Of a stretch of 64,000 bases of DNA, positions 36,781 through 49,106 are shown one piece after another. The DNA is taken from the NCBI GenBank assembly GCA_973895155.1, contig OZ316893.1, positions 18,728,857 through 18,792,856 on the forward strand, in the 5' to 3' direction. The notes beneath the pieces were generated by a model, which saw only the letters and a program-made list of their open reading frames with translations, was not told the origin of the DNA and ran no database searches. This DNA is from Marsupella aquatica. Lineage: Eukaryota > Plantae > Marchantiophyta. Position 1 is the first letter of the stretch. Every line of letters begins with the position of its first letter. A program made the translations under genes and the position numbers.

Positions 36781-37124
36781 TGTTGAGCATAGACGACATT
36801 CGTAACATCAAGCCCATGAACCATCCAACGCACAATAGTCGACACAGAGAGATACGTGGTTCACCTCCACATGAGGCTACGTCCACGGGAACACACAAGA
36901 GCTTTACTGCACTCTAGGCCGACAGGCCATACCAAGCATCCACAGCACAAGCTCTCCCTATCTCTCAACTAGCTCCGTAACAATGAGCCTAAGTTCCACC
37001 AGGGTCTGGCATCAGCCCTGACTATATGCACAATAGCACTACTGCTAACATTAGCTAAGTCCTAACCCGAGTTAGACTAACTGTGGTTAGCTCATGAGTC
37101 ACAAGACTAGAGCAACATCTAACA
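36781..37124 (-). repeat. Copia-B 3' LTR
   Basis: tgttgagcat...atctaaca is a direct repeat of 42815-43158 with 7 mismatches counted by eye. The PPT (aactccccct) is adjacent at 37125-37134. Confidence 0.98.
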
Positions 37125-37333
37125 AACTCCCCCTTGACTCTTGTCTTGGGGACTGAACTAAATGCTACCATATGGAATCCTCAGCGGGAAGTTCTAGACA
37201 ATCATCAAACCAGGTCTCTCCCTAAAAACCACAAAGGTTAAAACTAAGGGTTAACTAGAACTAAGCCGTAGCCAAACAGGAATGAGTAATCCATATACAA
37301 ATAGTCACACATTGCTAAATAACTCTACTTGCA

Positions 37334-40300
37334 CTACAACTGCAAAACCTGCAAAGTAGCACGGTGTCTTGAGAAACTCTCCAAAGGAATCACTTTGGTA
37401 AAGGCATCAGCGGGATTGAGCTTTCCATCAATCTTGACTAGCTCAAAAGTTTTATCAGACACTGCTTGCCTGATAAAATGGTACCTGATATCAATGTGCT
37501 TCACCCTGCTATCCATCACTTGGTTAGCAGCCAAGTGAAGAGCACTCTGACTATCACAGTTTAGAGTCATTTTGCCATGCTCTAAACCCATCTCCGCGAT
37601 CAACTTGTCCAACCAAATTGCTTCCTTTGCTGCTTCTGCTGCTGCAACATACTCTGCTTCTGTAGTAGACTGAGATATACACTTCTGCAAGGTAGATTTC
37701 CAACTGATACATCCTCCTCCAAGAGTATACAAATCCAGTTGTAGATCTCCTTGTGTCCAGACAGCCTCCATAGTCAGAATCTACATAGCCAACTAACTTT
37801 CTATCTGATCTGTTATCAAATAGTAATCCATAGTCCTGTGTTCCCTTCACATACCTGAGAATCCATTTCATAGCTTCCCAGTGTACCTTCCCTGGATTTG
37901 ACATGAATCTACTAACCTTGCCCATCGCTAGGGCCAAGTCAGGCCTAGTACAAGTCATCAAATACATCAGACTGCCTACTGCCTTCTCATAAGGAATCTT
38001 AGCCATCAGACCTTTCTCCACAGTATCTGTAGGAGAGAAAGCCGATGATAACTTGAAATGTGAAGCTAAAGGAATACTCACTGGCTTACAGTTCTCCATG
38101 TTGAATCGTGCAAGTACTTTCCTCGCATACTGGCCTTGACTCAAGCACAACTGTCCAGTCTCAGAGTTCCTAAAAATCTCCATCCCTAAGATCCTTCATC
38201 CTGAATTCAACACTCAGTTTCGCCTTGAGACTGTCAACCTCAGATTGATCTTTTGCCACAATCAACATGTCATCCACATAGATCACCAGAATGATGAAAC
38301 CAAATACATCATTCTTGACTGATTTTGTATACACACAAGGATCATAAACCATCCTTGTAAAACCTTGAGCAAGTATGAAATCATCAAACCGCTTGTTCCA
38401 CTGTCTGGGAGACTGCTTTAATCCGAGCTTTAATCCATACAAGGACTTGAGCAATCTGCAAACTAAGTTCTCTTGGCCCTTCTTCATAAAGCCTAGTGGC
38501 TGTCTCATGAAGATCAACTCTTCCAAGTTGCCATAGAGAAAAGCTATAACAACATCCATCTGATCCATCACTAGATTACAAAACACAACAAGCTGACACA
38601 AGATCCGAATTGTGGAATACTTAGCCACCGGTGAAAAGACCTCATTGTAGTCCACTCCTTTCTCCTGAGTGAACCCCTTGGCAACAAGCCTTGCCTTGTA
38701 GATCTTATCTCCACCCTCTGAAGGACTGCCCTTCAACTTGTAAATCCACTTGCTGACCTCTTGGAAGCTCCACCAGCTCCCATGACTTGTTGTCACTCAA
38801 AGATTGCAACTCCCTCTGCATTGTTGCATTCCACTCATACTTCTGTTCTGAAGCACAAGCCTTACTGTACAAAGAAGGCTCTCCTTCTTCCAAGATCAAA
38901 GCCATGTCATCATCATCAGGTGCAATGTCAATATCATCTAGCTTAGATGAGTCTGCCCATTGACCATACCTGGTAGGAGCTCTAGTAGAACGACTAGAAG
39001 TTCTTCTAGTAGATGACTCAGGCTAATCTACTGCTGCTGCTGGCTGAATTTGAGGTACCCCAGCAACAATCTGCTCCTCTTGTTCCATCACAGGAACCAG
39101 CTCCAAGCCCGGAGCTTCTCCATCTCTCCTGTCATGAACAACATCATGACTAATCTCCCCCTCAACCCGGTCTGGGATGGGAGATTTCTCCTTGTCAGTA
39201 TGGGAGTCCTGAGAACTTTCCCCCTCCTTTGATGATCTGGATTCATTAAAGGACACATCTCGATTGACAATTAGCTTACAGGTTACTGGATCCCATAACC
39301 TATAACCCTTCACACCTTTCTGATAGCCAAGGAAAATGCACTTCTTCGACTTGGACTCCAGCTTGGATCGAAGCTGGGAAGGTGTAAGCACATAAGCATC
39401 ACATCCAAAAATCCTCAAATGTGAGTAATCTGCTGGACGCCCGTACCTCATTTCAAATGGCGTCTTGAATCCAATAGAACTGGATGGAGAAAAATTTACC
39501 AAATAAGCTGCAGTGTTGACAGCTTTAGCCCAAAACTCATGTGGTAAGCATGATTGACTCAACATACTCCTCGAGCAGTCCAATAGTGTTTGGTTGAGTC
39601 TCTCAGAAACATCATTTTGCTGAGGAGTATAACTTGTTGTGAGATGGCGGGTTATCCCCTGCTCCTTACAATACGTTCTAAATTCACCAGAACTGTATTC
39701 ACTGCCGTTATCCGATTGTAGATATCTCACCTTATTACCAGTCTGATTCTCAACTTGGGCTTTCCACTCCTTAAAAGTGGCAAAAATATCAGACTTACTG
39801 TGTAGAAAGTATATCCACACATACCTTGAGTAATCGTCAATGAACGTGACATAGTATAACCGTCCAAAATGTGAGGGAGTAGGGGCTGGACCCCACACAT
39901 CAGTATGTACATACTCAAGTACCTCCTTGCTGGTGTAAGTTCCAACTCCGAAGGGTTTCCTATGCTGTTTTCCTAGCACACAGTGCTCACAAAATTCCAA
40001 CTTACAAGATAGCAAATTAGAAAGTAATCCTTTCTTCTGAAGAATAGCCAAACCTTTTTCACTCATATGGCCCAAATGGAAGTGCCACAGCCGGGCCGTC
40101 TCCTCATGAGATAAGGTTACATTGGCTTCATCACAAACTACACTGCCCTCCAAAATGTATAGATTGTTATGTCTCTTTCCCTTCAATACAACTTTAGTAC
40201 CAGTTGAAACCTGAAGGACACCATTAGCAGAACTCCACTAATGGCCATTTGCTTCTAAAATTCCAAGTGAAATGAGATTTTTCATCATGCTAGGAATATA

Positions 40301-41581
40301 TCTCACATTCCTCAATGTTCTTACAACACCATCAAACATCTGAAATCTAACAGATCCAAGTCCAACTACTTGACATGGGATTCCATTTCCCATCAACATT
40401 GACCCGTTGGATACCGTGTAAGAACTGAAAAAATCTCTCCTAGAGAAAATATGAAAAGTACATGCACTATCTAGAATCCAATCATCACTACCTGGATTTG
40501 ACACTACGTTGAGAGCACAACCTTGGCATCACAATATGTCATCATCATTGAGTAAATCTACCTCATGCGAGCTTGATGTTGCGTTAGCAGATGCAGTAGG
40601 GACCTTTACTCGACAATCCCTTTTCATGTGGCCAGGCTTGCCACAATTCCAACATGCAAGAGGCTTCCTCTCTTGCAATTTTCCTCTGGATTTAGATCTC
40701 CCCCGTGATGTAGATCTAAACCTGTTCTGTCCATTTGAGCGCTGCGCTGCTCTCCCACGGTTCACATTCAATGCAGTGCCAGAAGAAGATGTTGTCTGTG
40801 ATTGACCCAACTTCTTCTGAGCATCATCAGACAGTAAAGAGCTCACCACCTCATTATACAAAATGAACTTCAGATCTCTGTACAAGAGCACCTGTTCCAA
40901 GCCCTGATATGACGGCGGTAAGGAGCTTAGCAGAAGCAAGGTCTTATCCTCATCTTCAACTCTTTTTCCTAGGTTTGACAGATCCATCACTAGACTGTCA
41001 AATTCATCCAGGTGATCCTGCATCTTGCTCCATTCCTTGAGCCTGAGGCTCATCAAGAGAGACTTCTTGTACAGTCGGTCTGACGCATCTTCCCGGTAGT
41101 ACTTCTCTCTTAGAGCCTTGAACAGTGACACGCAATCCGCATAATCATCCAACTACTTGATGATGTGCGGCTTGAGATATAGCATCATTGCGTTGACAGC
41201 AATCACCTGCTCTTGTCTCCATTGCTTCTCTGAGATCTCCTCTTCTCCATCATGCTGCTCTCGCAAAGAGAGCAGATGAGCTAAGCCCATTGCACAAAGA
41301 ACACCCTTCACTTGCTTCTCCCACAGCAAGTAATCAGTACGACCATCGTACTTTTCCACCTCAAACTTCACTCCTCCGAATCTAGCCATCTCCCTCTTCT
41401 TCCCCACTACCGACAGCTCTGGTAGTAGAACAGCTTCCTCCACTGCACGCCGCACCGGTGATACCAGTTCCTCCTCAACCGGTAGCAGCTCCTCCTCAGA
41501 CTCTCCGTCTGACCGTCGCGATCCTGAAGCTCCACCGATGCCAATTCTTCCAGTATCCTCCGAGTCACTTATATGAAACAA
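37334..41581 (-). pseudogene. Copia-B gag-pol polyprotein (several stops/frameshifts)
   Basis: Motifs include CWNCGKPGHMKRDC, WILDSAC, WH.HLGHMS...CEHC, VHTDVWGP, IDDYSRY, SDNGSEY, YKARLVAKGF, IYVDDMLI and the RNase H motif STTEAEY. Confidence 0.96.
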
Positions 41582-41714
41582 TCACAAAAAAATGTCTTTT
41601 TTCAAAACTCCTTATAAAACTCAAAAACTCAACATCATCGCGTAGCCCACGAAGCTAGGAGTCCAAACACTAAAAAAGAAAAAATCGAAACTAAAATCCG
41701 TTGAGAGGCCACAG

Positions 41715-42045
41715 GCCGTGGGTGGTGGGTGCAAGCTAAACTTTCTAGATAATCTCGCATGGACCATGAGTCGTAGGCTATCCGCCCCCAAACTCAATAA
41801 TAATCAAGACCCCTCACAGACCGTGGGTCGTGGGTACATGCCTACCCAGGCATACCCACATGACTCACGAACCGTGGGTTGTGGGATATCTTCTCACTCA
41901 AATCAAAACCTCATGGACTGTGGGTCGTGAGCTCACTACTCACTCAAGCCAAGACCTCACCACCTATGGGTCGTGAGCTCACTGCTCACTCAAGCCAAGA
42001 CCTCACCACCTGTGGGTCGTGAGCTCACTACTCACACAAGCCAAG
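41715..42045. repeat. Tandem repeat in the Copia-B 5' UTR (three 46-bp units at ~41905-42045 plus degenerate upstream units)
   Basis: (g/a)tgggtcgtgagctcact(a/g)ctcac(t/a)caagccaag occurs three times. Related ccgtgggt cores occur near 41716, 41821 and 41872. Confidence 0.85.
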
Positions 42046-42800
42046 CGCTAAATACGGCGGAAATTACGGACAAAGTACTATTTCTTAATTTGTCGTTTTC
42101 TCTGTGCCCTAAGTCATAGTTGCACCTCGCCTTTCTACAGTGCCAAATCGCTGTTTCCAACGAGAAAAGTGAACGACGCCGACCAGAAATGTTGCCGAAT
42201 TGCACCGGCACAGTCTGTAGCTCCAGTAGAGTAAGAACTTCCGCCGCGTCGCCTTCACTTCGCGTCAAGTGCCAATCCCGGACTCAAAACGACCGCCTTG
42301 CCGCGATCTCTCCGTTGAGCCCTAGCACTTTGCGTTTCTTCCTTCGAGTTGAACGTCACGACGAGTAACCCGGTTTAGGGAAAAACAAGCACCATAGCTT
42401 GTCAAAAAACCAGAACTCAACATCCACCCATCACGTTTCACTCGGTAACAGCTCGGCAGTAACTCAGCTACCGAAATGACCAGCTCGCTTCAACCTTCAA
42501 CATGAGCAACAACATGTGACACCTACCGCACCGCACAACTCACACCGTTGAAAAATGCAAACTTTGGTCTCTCCCCCAAAAACCCGTCGAACACGAATAA
42601 AACCTGAACGACGTAAACTTTGATTCCTTTGCACCACGGATACCGATTAGCGAGTTCTAACCAACCGTTAGAAAGCCCTCTCACTAACCTATCCGCTCAG
42701 CCACACACATTTGAGTTTCATGTGAAGAAACTCCGAATTACCATCGACAATGAACGCTTGAAAAACCTGTCACAAAAAAACCTCGTCACCTCCCAGGCAT

Positions 42801-42812
42801 GCTCTGATACCA
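42801..42812 (-). promoter_or_regulatory. Primer-binding site (tRNA-iMet) of Copia-B
   Basis: The minus strand reads TGGTATCAGAGC, 2 bp from the 5' LTR. Confidence 0.95.
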
Positions 42813-42814
42813 CT

Positions 42815-43158
42815 TGTTGAGCATAGACGACATTTGTAACATCAAGCCCATGAACCATCCAACGCACAATAGTCGACACAGAGAGATACGTGGTTCACCT
42901 CCACATGAGGCTACGTCCACGGGAATACACAAGAGCTTTACTGCACTCTAGGCCGACAGGCCATACCAAGCATCCATAGCACAAGCTCTCCCTATCTCTC
43001 AACTAGCTCCGTAACAATGAGCCTAAGTTCCACCAGGGTCTGGCATCAGCCCTGACTATATGCACAACAGCACCACCGCTAACATTAGCTAAGTCCTAAC
43101 CTGAGTTAGACTAACTGTGGTTAGCTCATGAGTCACAAGACTAGAGCAACATCTAACA
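42815..43158 (-). repeat. Copia-B 5' LTR
   Basis: It is a direct repeat of 36781-37124 and adjacent to the PBS. Confidence 0.98.
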
Positions 43159-43268
43159 TGTTGAAACTTGACTTTTGCCAAGTTTTAGCATGTTTTATCA
43201 TCAATCCTATTGCTTTTTTCATTAACTGATCCATTTGATTCAAGGACCTCTCGGGAGTAAAGTTACAT

Positions 43269-43720
43269 CATCAGTTATCAGTGTTTTCCATCAGCCAACC
43301 TGATATCAGCTGCCATGTCAGCTCAGAGAGGCCGCCAAGTTGCAACGCCAAAAAAAATGCGGAAAAAAAAATCCAATTTTTTTTCTCAAAATTTGATGGA
43401 GAAAAAAAAACTTTTTTTGAAATTTTTTTACTATATATGTCCGTACCGTTCGGACACCACATCTTGGCGAGACCCGTTGAGATGGCCAGATGTCCGTACG
43501 GTACGGACACAAATTTTGTCAGAATTGCTAAAAAAATAAAAATTGAAATTTTCAAAAAGAGAAAATTTTAATTTTTTCCCATTTTTTTGTCCGTACGTCG
43601 ATCTTGGCGAGGTCAGCTGAGATGCGCGGAAGTGCGAAGACCCCATCTCAGCTGCTCAACTGAGATTCAAAAATTTCAAGACGAAAAAACTGATAACTGA
43701 TATCAGTCTGTTAACTGATG
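43269..43720. mobile_element. 452-bp non-autonomous TIR element (CATCAGTTA...TAACTGATG) flanked by AT
   Basis: It has a terminal inverted repeat and repeated atcagtta/ctgat motifs. Internal palindromes tgtccgtaccgttcggaca and tgtccgtacggtacggaca and A/T tracts are present. It interrupts the Plavaka coding region. Confidence 0.75.
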
Positions 43721-45738
43721 ATCCTTGCTACCCCACCTCTCAGAATGTTTTTACTCTGGAATGCTAGCAAATACCAATCTATGAAGTCCACAAAAACCTC
43801 AATGAGCGGATTTGGAATGACTCCAAGCAAACAAAATACCACAACCTGCATAACAAATTTATGCTCAAATTCATGAAAGTTAGCATTGCTTTGAAAGTAA
43901 CCACTTTGGTTACTCCCAGGCAATCTAAAGGAAGCATAACGACATTCCTTGTGTATTTTCTAGAGTCTTCTATCAAGTTCTTGCATAGGTTTTTTCACAA
44001 GGCTCTGGGAAGTAGCAGCCGATCTCACAATGCCCACTAGAGTCTTGAATACACCTAGTATGGACTGATGAAGACCATCTAATTGTATGCATCGATAGGG
44101 ATTTCCATATAGCAAATCACCTCCACAAAATCCCCATAGAGCACACTACAAGACATCACAAGAAAAAAATTCACTCACAGTTGACAGAAACAATAGAATA
44201 ACTGAACACATTCAAAACTCCCTTTGCACAATCAATGCTCATCTCAGTAAGAAGTGTTTACCTGTACTGGATAAATCGACTGCTCCTTAGACATCTGTTT
44301 CTGATCTTGCACAGAAGACTGCCGCATCTCTTCTAAGATTGCTTCCATTCCCTTCTCATCCCTGTAAGATATGTTCTTGCAACATTGCTAAGCGATTCTT
44401 TTGGACAGAAACAACAACTGCATGGATAATTTGACTTGTTTGTATTAAATGTGCATGTGATTCTACTCCCCTCTGTCTGGTCACAGATATACAGACATAG
44501 TCTTGGAAAGACCCACTGGGATTGACCAAATGGGTCTTTCATGTGAACTCATGTATGACTTGCCACCTTCAATGGTGGCAAAACAATCTCCTCACATTTG
44601 TGAAACAGTTCCAATTTGGCTGTACTAGGAACCTCTGTCTCCAATATACCTACAGCAAAAGAAATTAGTGTAAGTATTTTGAAATGAATATAAAGGTTGT
44701 AAGTGTTGGACTTTTTAACATCCTGGGAATATCTACATAGACAATGAGCAGTCAAATTCAACTGGAGGGGAATAATTGCAGTTTAAATCTCACCTGAATC
44801 ATTCGGACCAATAACAGGAAGAATAGCCAGCAAAGCATGACCTTCTGGCAAACTTCTAAGACTGCAATTAATATTGCCAATTGTCATGACTAAAGGCCAA
44901 CCCTGAGTTCTCTTGTTGTGAGACAAGGCATTCTGATCAGAATACAAAATGATGGGTGCAATCCCTCCTCCTTTGCAAGTAGATTCAACGTCTTGCTCCA
45001 TTTCCCTCCACCACTCAGCGGATTGCAAAGTAGTGTACAATCTCTCACTGCCCTCTATAGCAACTGAAGAGTGAAGTGCAAACTCTTCTTTATTTTTAGG
45101 AGAAGAAAATAGATCTTCCAAAACACGTAATGGATCACGATGCAACAAATGAACTGGAGCACTTTCAGTCTCCTCGCGGACTTCAACCTTTTCCCAATTT
45201 TGGTCACCCCTCTCACTTGTTAAACTTTCCTCATATTTACAAACCTCAGCAGCAGTATGAACCTGAACTTTTTTGGTATGGAATTGAGGGTGGTGCAGCA
45301 GCCAAAATAATCTATTCATATCTTCGTGAGATAATCCTCCTCCATTGTGGCATTGTCTCATAAAGAAGACAAGTTGAAAAGTAACATCAAATTTTTTATT
45401 ACATTGGGCAGGAGATGTGAATTCATTCTCAAACAGGTCCATGAATTCCTCAGAGGACTGCTCTCCAACTGTCTCAACATTGGCCTGTATAGATTTTGGT
45501 ATACATGTGTTCCCAAAGTTTACACTCGTACCAAACCCTTTGTGCTCTACCTCCATCACATGATCAGTCTGTTTAGCCCTTTGCACAGCTCTCTGTTTTG
45601 CTAAGCAAAGTCCATTTCATCCTTGGTGGGTCCGCAAAGTTGTATAATCCAGAAATCCCAAAGCTCCACAAAAATTACACTTAAAGTTTGAAGCCATCAA
45701 AAATCCTGTTGTCCCTACATAGTACAAAATCAATACAG

Positions 45739-48592
45739 TGTTGTAACTCATACTTGAGTTAAGTCTACCTTTGGGATAACTACCTATGTAACTACCCTAA
45801 CTACTTAGGCCGTAGCCACATGTACATATCCTACCAAGAGTAAAGATGGAACCAACTCTTTGTCTCATTTCTCCCACAACACGTTATCAGCACGTAGCTC
45901 TCCACGAGCAATCTTTTCTTTGAGAGAAAGGCCAGATTTTCATTGAGTGTTTATAGATTTGACATAACTGCCCCTCCCAAGAAGCTATGGATGAGAACTT
46001 CTCGATCACATTTCTAATTTTAGGTTTAACAAGGACGTTTGTGATTCCTCCAAATGTCATTGCGGAAGCCATGGACTACCTATGCCGAACCATGACGGAC
46101 CGATCTCATAAGGACATCGAAGATCACTTAAGGAGGCACGAGAGAGAGCGAGAGAAAACGATTAAGCAAGAATCAAGAAAGAGTCGGTGTGAGAGAAAGC
46201 ACTGGCAATGAACATTGGTAAGGCGCTGACAAAGAGAATCGAAAGTATTAAGGATTGAGGCGAGAAACAATAAGGATTGAAGGTGAAGAAACCCCTCTGG
46301 AAACGACCTTTAAATCTGAGAAGAAACGAAACAAATTCTGATAAGGATAGCAGATAAGGAAAATTACAGAGGATCGAGGCATAAATCGATCGAGAGAGGA
46401 GGAAAGGCATGAACAAAACAGAGGATCGAATGCAACCATTCAAAGACTGAGAGCGCATTCCATAAGGACAGCATTGAACAGAGACAAGAATTGAAAAGCA
46501 GTACCGCAGAACAGAATCCATAAGAAAAGACTGAACCTCACCCCACTGATCGAAGGCGAAAAAAATAAAAATTCAAGCAGCAAAAGCATCGGGAGGCACT
46601 GGCGAAGAAGCATAAGAGAAATGAATCGATCTAAAGCAAAGAAAATCGAAGCGCCAGCGCGAAACTGAAGGCAAACAGAAACCCATAAGGACAATCGAAT
46701 CAAGATTGGAAGATTGAAAACTCGGGAGAAATACAAGAGCAGAAAGAGAAAGGAAAAACAAATACTCAGGGGGAGTGGGCTATTCGCACATCCCCTGGTT
46801 TCTGTGTCGCACAGAAGGACACAGAATGCCAGTTTCGGTAAATAGTTCTCGTGAGATTGGCAGTATGCATGGACGACATGGAACAATCCACGACCAGGGG
46901 TAGGGGCATTGGTGTTATGAACTTACGAGTTGACCATTGGGAGCCAGTGCCTGCAGGGTTCGCTTCCTGAGGATCACACAATGACTTCCCGGGATTCAAA
47001 TCGGAGAGATGATCTACCCACAATACACCGAATAAATCACTGGAGATAGCGTAGGCAGGTCCAGCAAATTACCCTCAGTCGCCATTGCCCCTTCTGGAGA
47101 GCAACGATGGGTCTGTTCGAGAGCAACTAGTACCCTGGAGGAAGATGCTAAAGAAGAACGATCGGACCCAGATACGATTCGGCACACAATAATAAGGACA
47201 GGGGAACAAACATCAAGGAGGCCCAAGTCATTCGAGTAAGATAGCGCACCCAAAATGATACAAGTGCCGTATCAATTTAGACAAACAAGGATAACAAGGC
47301 ACTGACGTCGATGGCATTCAACATGAAATATCGAGGAGGGCCTAGAGATAAGAACCCAAAATGTCGAAAGAAGACGGCACAATTCACGGGACACAAACAG
47401 ACCACCACAGACCAAAATAGTGATGCAATGTGGAGGCGTCAAAATTTGGAAAGGAATGCAGCAAGAAGTGAAGTAGAGGGACGGAATGAAGGAAGGAACC
47501 ATGCCACAATAAGCGAGTGAAGCAAAAAAACAAAAAAAAGGAGTACAACAAAAAGAAGCCATCAAACCAAAGGAAAGTCCTCCACCTTTTCTTCTAAGCA
47601 GACCATTTTACACTAAGGAATGGAGAACTAAAGAACAAAGAGACTTTCTCTTCAAAAGGCAAGAAAAACCAAACAACAAGGCATGAAGTAAGGACATAAA
47701 GAAAGAAACTAAATTACAGAACCTACATGGCGACAAATGATGATTACTTCCACCAATTAATTTCATAAATTCAGGGGGAGAATTGTTTTTCCCAACGTGC
47801 CTACTGCACTTAAAAGTTAAGCTCTGTGCCTACTACACATGGAAGCCAATGAGTGCCTACTGCACATGGAAGTAAATGACAAATTGAGGGGGAGACCTCA
47901 AGTAAGACTTGACATCAAGCAATGTAACCCATGGGATGTGCCTATTGCACAAGTGCCTTTCGCACCAATGAATACCTAAAAATGGAACTCTATTCCATGC
48001 ATATGGCAAATCATGAAATCTAAGGAATTTTTATAAATGATTGAACATGGTGTTAACACAATCACTTACCAATACTTGATGAGGTATACTGGATATTAAA
48101 GTACCATATGATAATATGAGGTACAGTACCAGGTCATAAGGTACCATAAGGTGAGACATGGCATGGTAAGGCACCATAAGAGATGGTGCGCCATACCCCA
48201 ATATGATAACCCTATGTTGTGGATATGGTACGTGATGTGGTGCAAATAGGTTATGCCCACACCAAATCTAGGGTTGGACACCCAATCCAATTCCAAGGCC
48301 ATGGATTACACCATATCATCTTCATTTTGTACTAATACTTTGCTTTGTCATGGCATGTAATCGGTGACCATCAAGGAGTCTCCATTTCCCGATTGGAAGG
48401 AGACACGAGAAACAATCAACCAAGGAAGATCTTCAACAAGCCTATAGTGCACATACACTATATGCTTAAACCCAATTATGTTACACCCATGGGGATGGTA
48501 ATACTCTTTCCTCCCACAAAGAAAGTAGGGGAGGTTTTAATGAGGTTACATCCTCCACTTACACTTTACCATGCAACATGAATTATAAGACA
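45739..48592 (+). mobile_element. Non-autonomous Bianca-like Copia derivative (5' LTR 45739-45881; 3' LTR apparently lost)
   Basis: A 143-bp TGTTG...CAACA LTR is followed directly by CGTTATCAGCACG (Bianca-type PBS, 45882-45894). AGGGGGAG tracts lie near 47773 and 47887, and a tactctttcc...gttttaatgagg 3' motif near 48500-48545. The candidate TSD TACAG is at 45734-45738 and 48593-48597. No recognisable INT or RT is present. Confidence 0.6.
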
Positions 48593-49106
48593 TACAGTGT
48601 ATTAAAACCACTACTCTGCACATTGTTACTTATTGTTGATTACATTCATTTGAAGCTCATAAAATATTCATGGCAGTTCCAATTTTTATAATCGACTATT
48701 AAGGAGAAGAAGGCCTACTTTGGATTAGACAAATAGAAGAGAGATTACAAAGCTGTAAAGTGTATGCAAAAGAACTAAAAGTAGTACTGCAGAACCTGCT
48801 TGCTCAGTGCTACAAACGACCATTTGTTTGATGCCATGTGGAAGGGTTGATCCCGAGGAAAGCAGACCTAAGTGATCTAGACTAACTACAGTTGGGACAG
48901 AAGAAAAGATTGCAAAAATGTAAGTTGTTTTTTAACACTCATGCCTCAAATTGACCAAGTCGCCACAAACTACTCTAGACCACATGTAAACATTATTTTG
49001 CTTCTACACAATTGAAGCGACTGCCTAGTTTAGTCGAATGTCACATTTCAGTCCCTTCCAATTTTGAGTTTTGACCAAATCATCTTTGGAAACTAAGGAT
49101 TCCTGA

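Larger units (their letters stand above)
36781..43158 (-). mobile_element. Full-length Ty1/Copia LTR retrotransposon (Copia-B), 6378 bp
   Basis: It has two 344-bp TG...CA LTRs and the TSD TGTTG (36776-36780, 43159-43163). PBS, PPT and the gag-PR-INT-RT-RH order are all present. Confidence 0.98.
36624..45697 (-). pseudogene. Plavaka-type transposase gene with introns, interrupted by Copia-B (36781-43158) and a MITE (43269-43720)
   Basis: ATG 45697 starts a zinc-finger-like segment (FKCNFCG...LRTHQ...C). Later motifs are HRDPLRVLEDLF, RLYTTLQSAEWWREM, IAPIILYSDQ, WPLVMTIGNI, LFHKCEEIVLPPLK, VFPRLCLYICD..E, PCSCCFCP and LDGLHQ..LGVFK. Across the Copia TSD the frame reads SSFN|IVKVHAMSH...FEHLHI.LMKVPYRNSNKRN. 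GT-AG introns are present, e.g. 44793-44650. Confidence 0.82.

Noticed and set aside
41905-42045. CRISPR-like array
   Set aside because: These are head-to-tail tandem units without unique spacers, in a Copia 5' UTR in eukaryotic DNA, with no cas genes.
43271-43646. K/F-rich ORFs on both strands
   Set aside because: They are artefacts of the A/T tracts and palindromes inside the MITE.
46162-47565. Hydrophobic (F/L/S-rich) minus-strand ORFs as membrane proteins
   Set aside because: They are antisense shadows of an A/G-rich plus strand.
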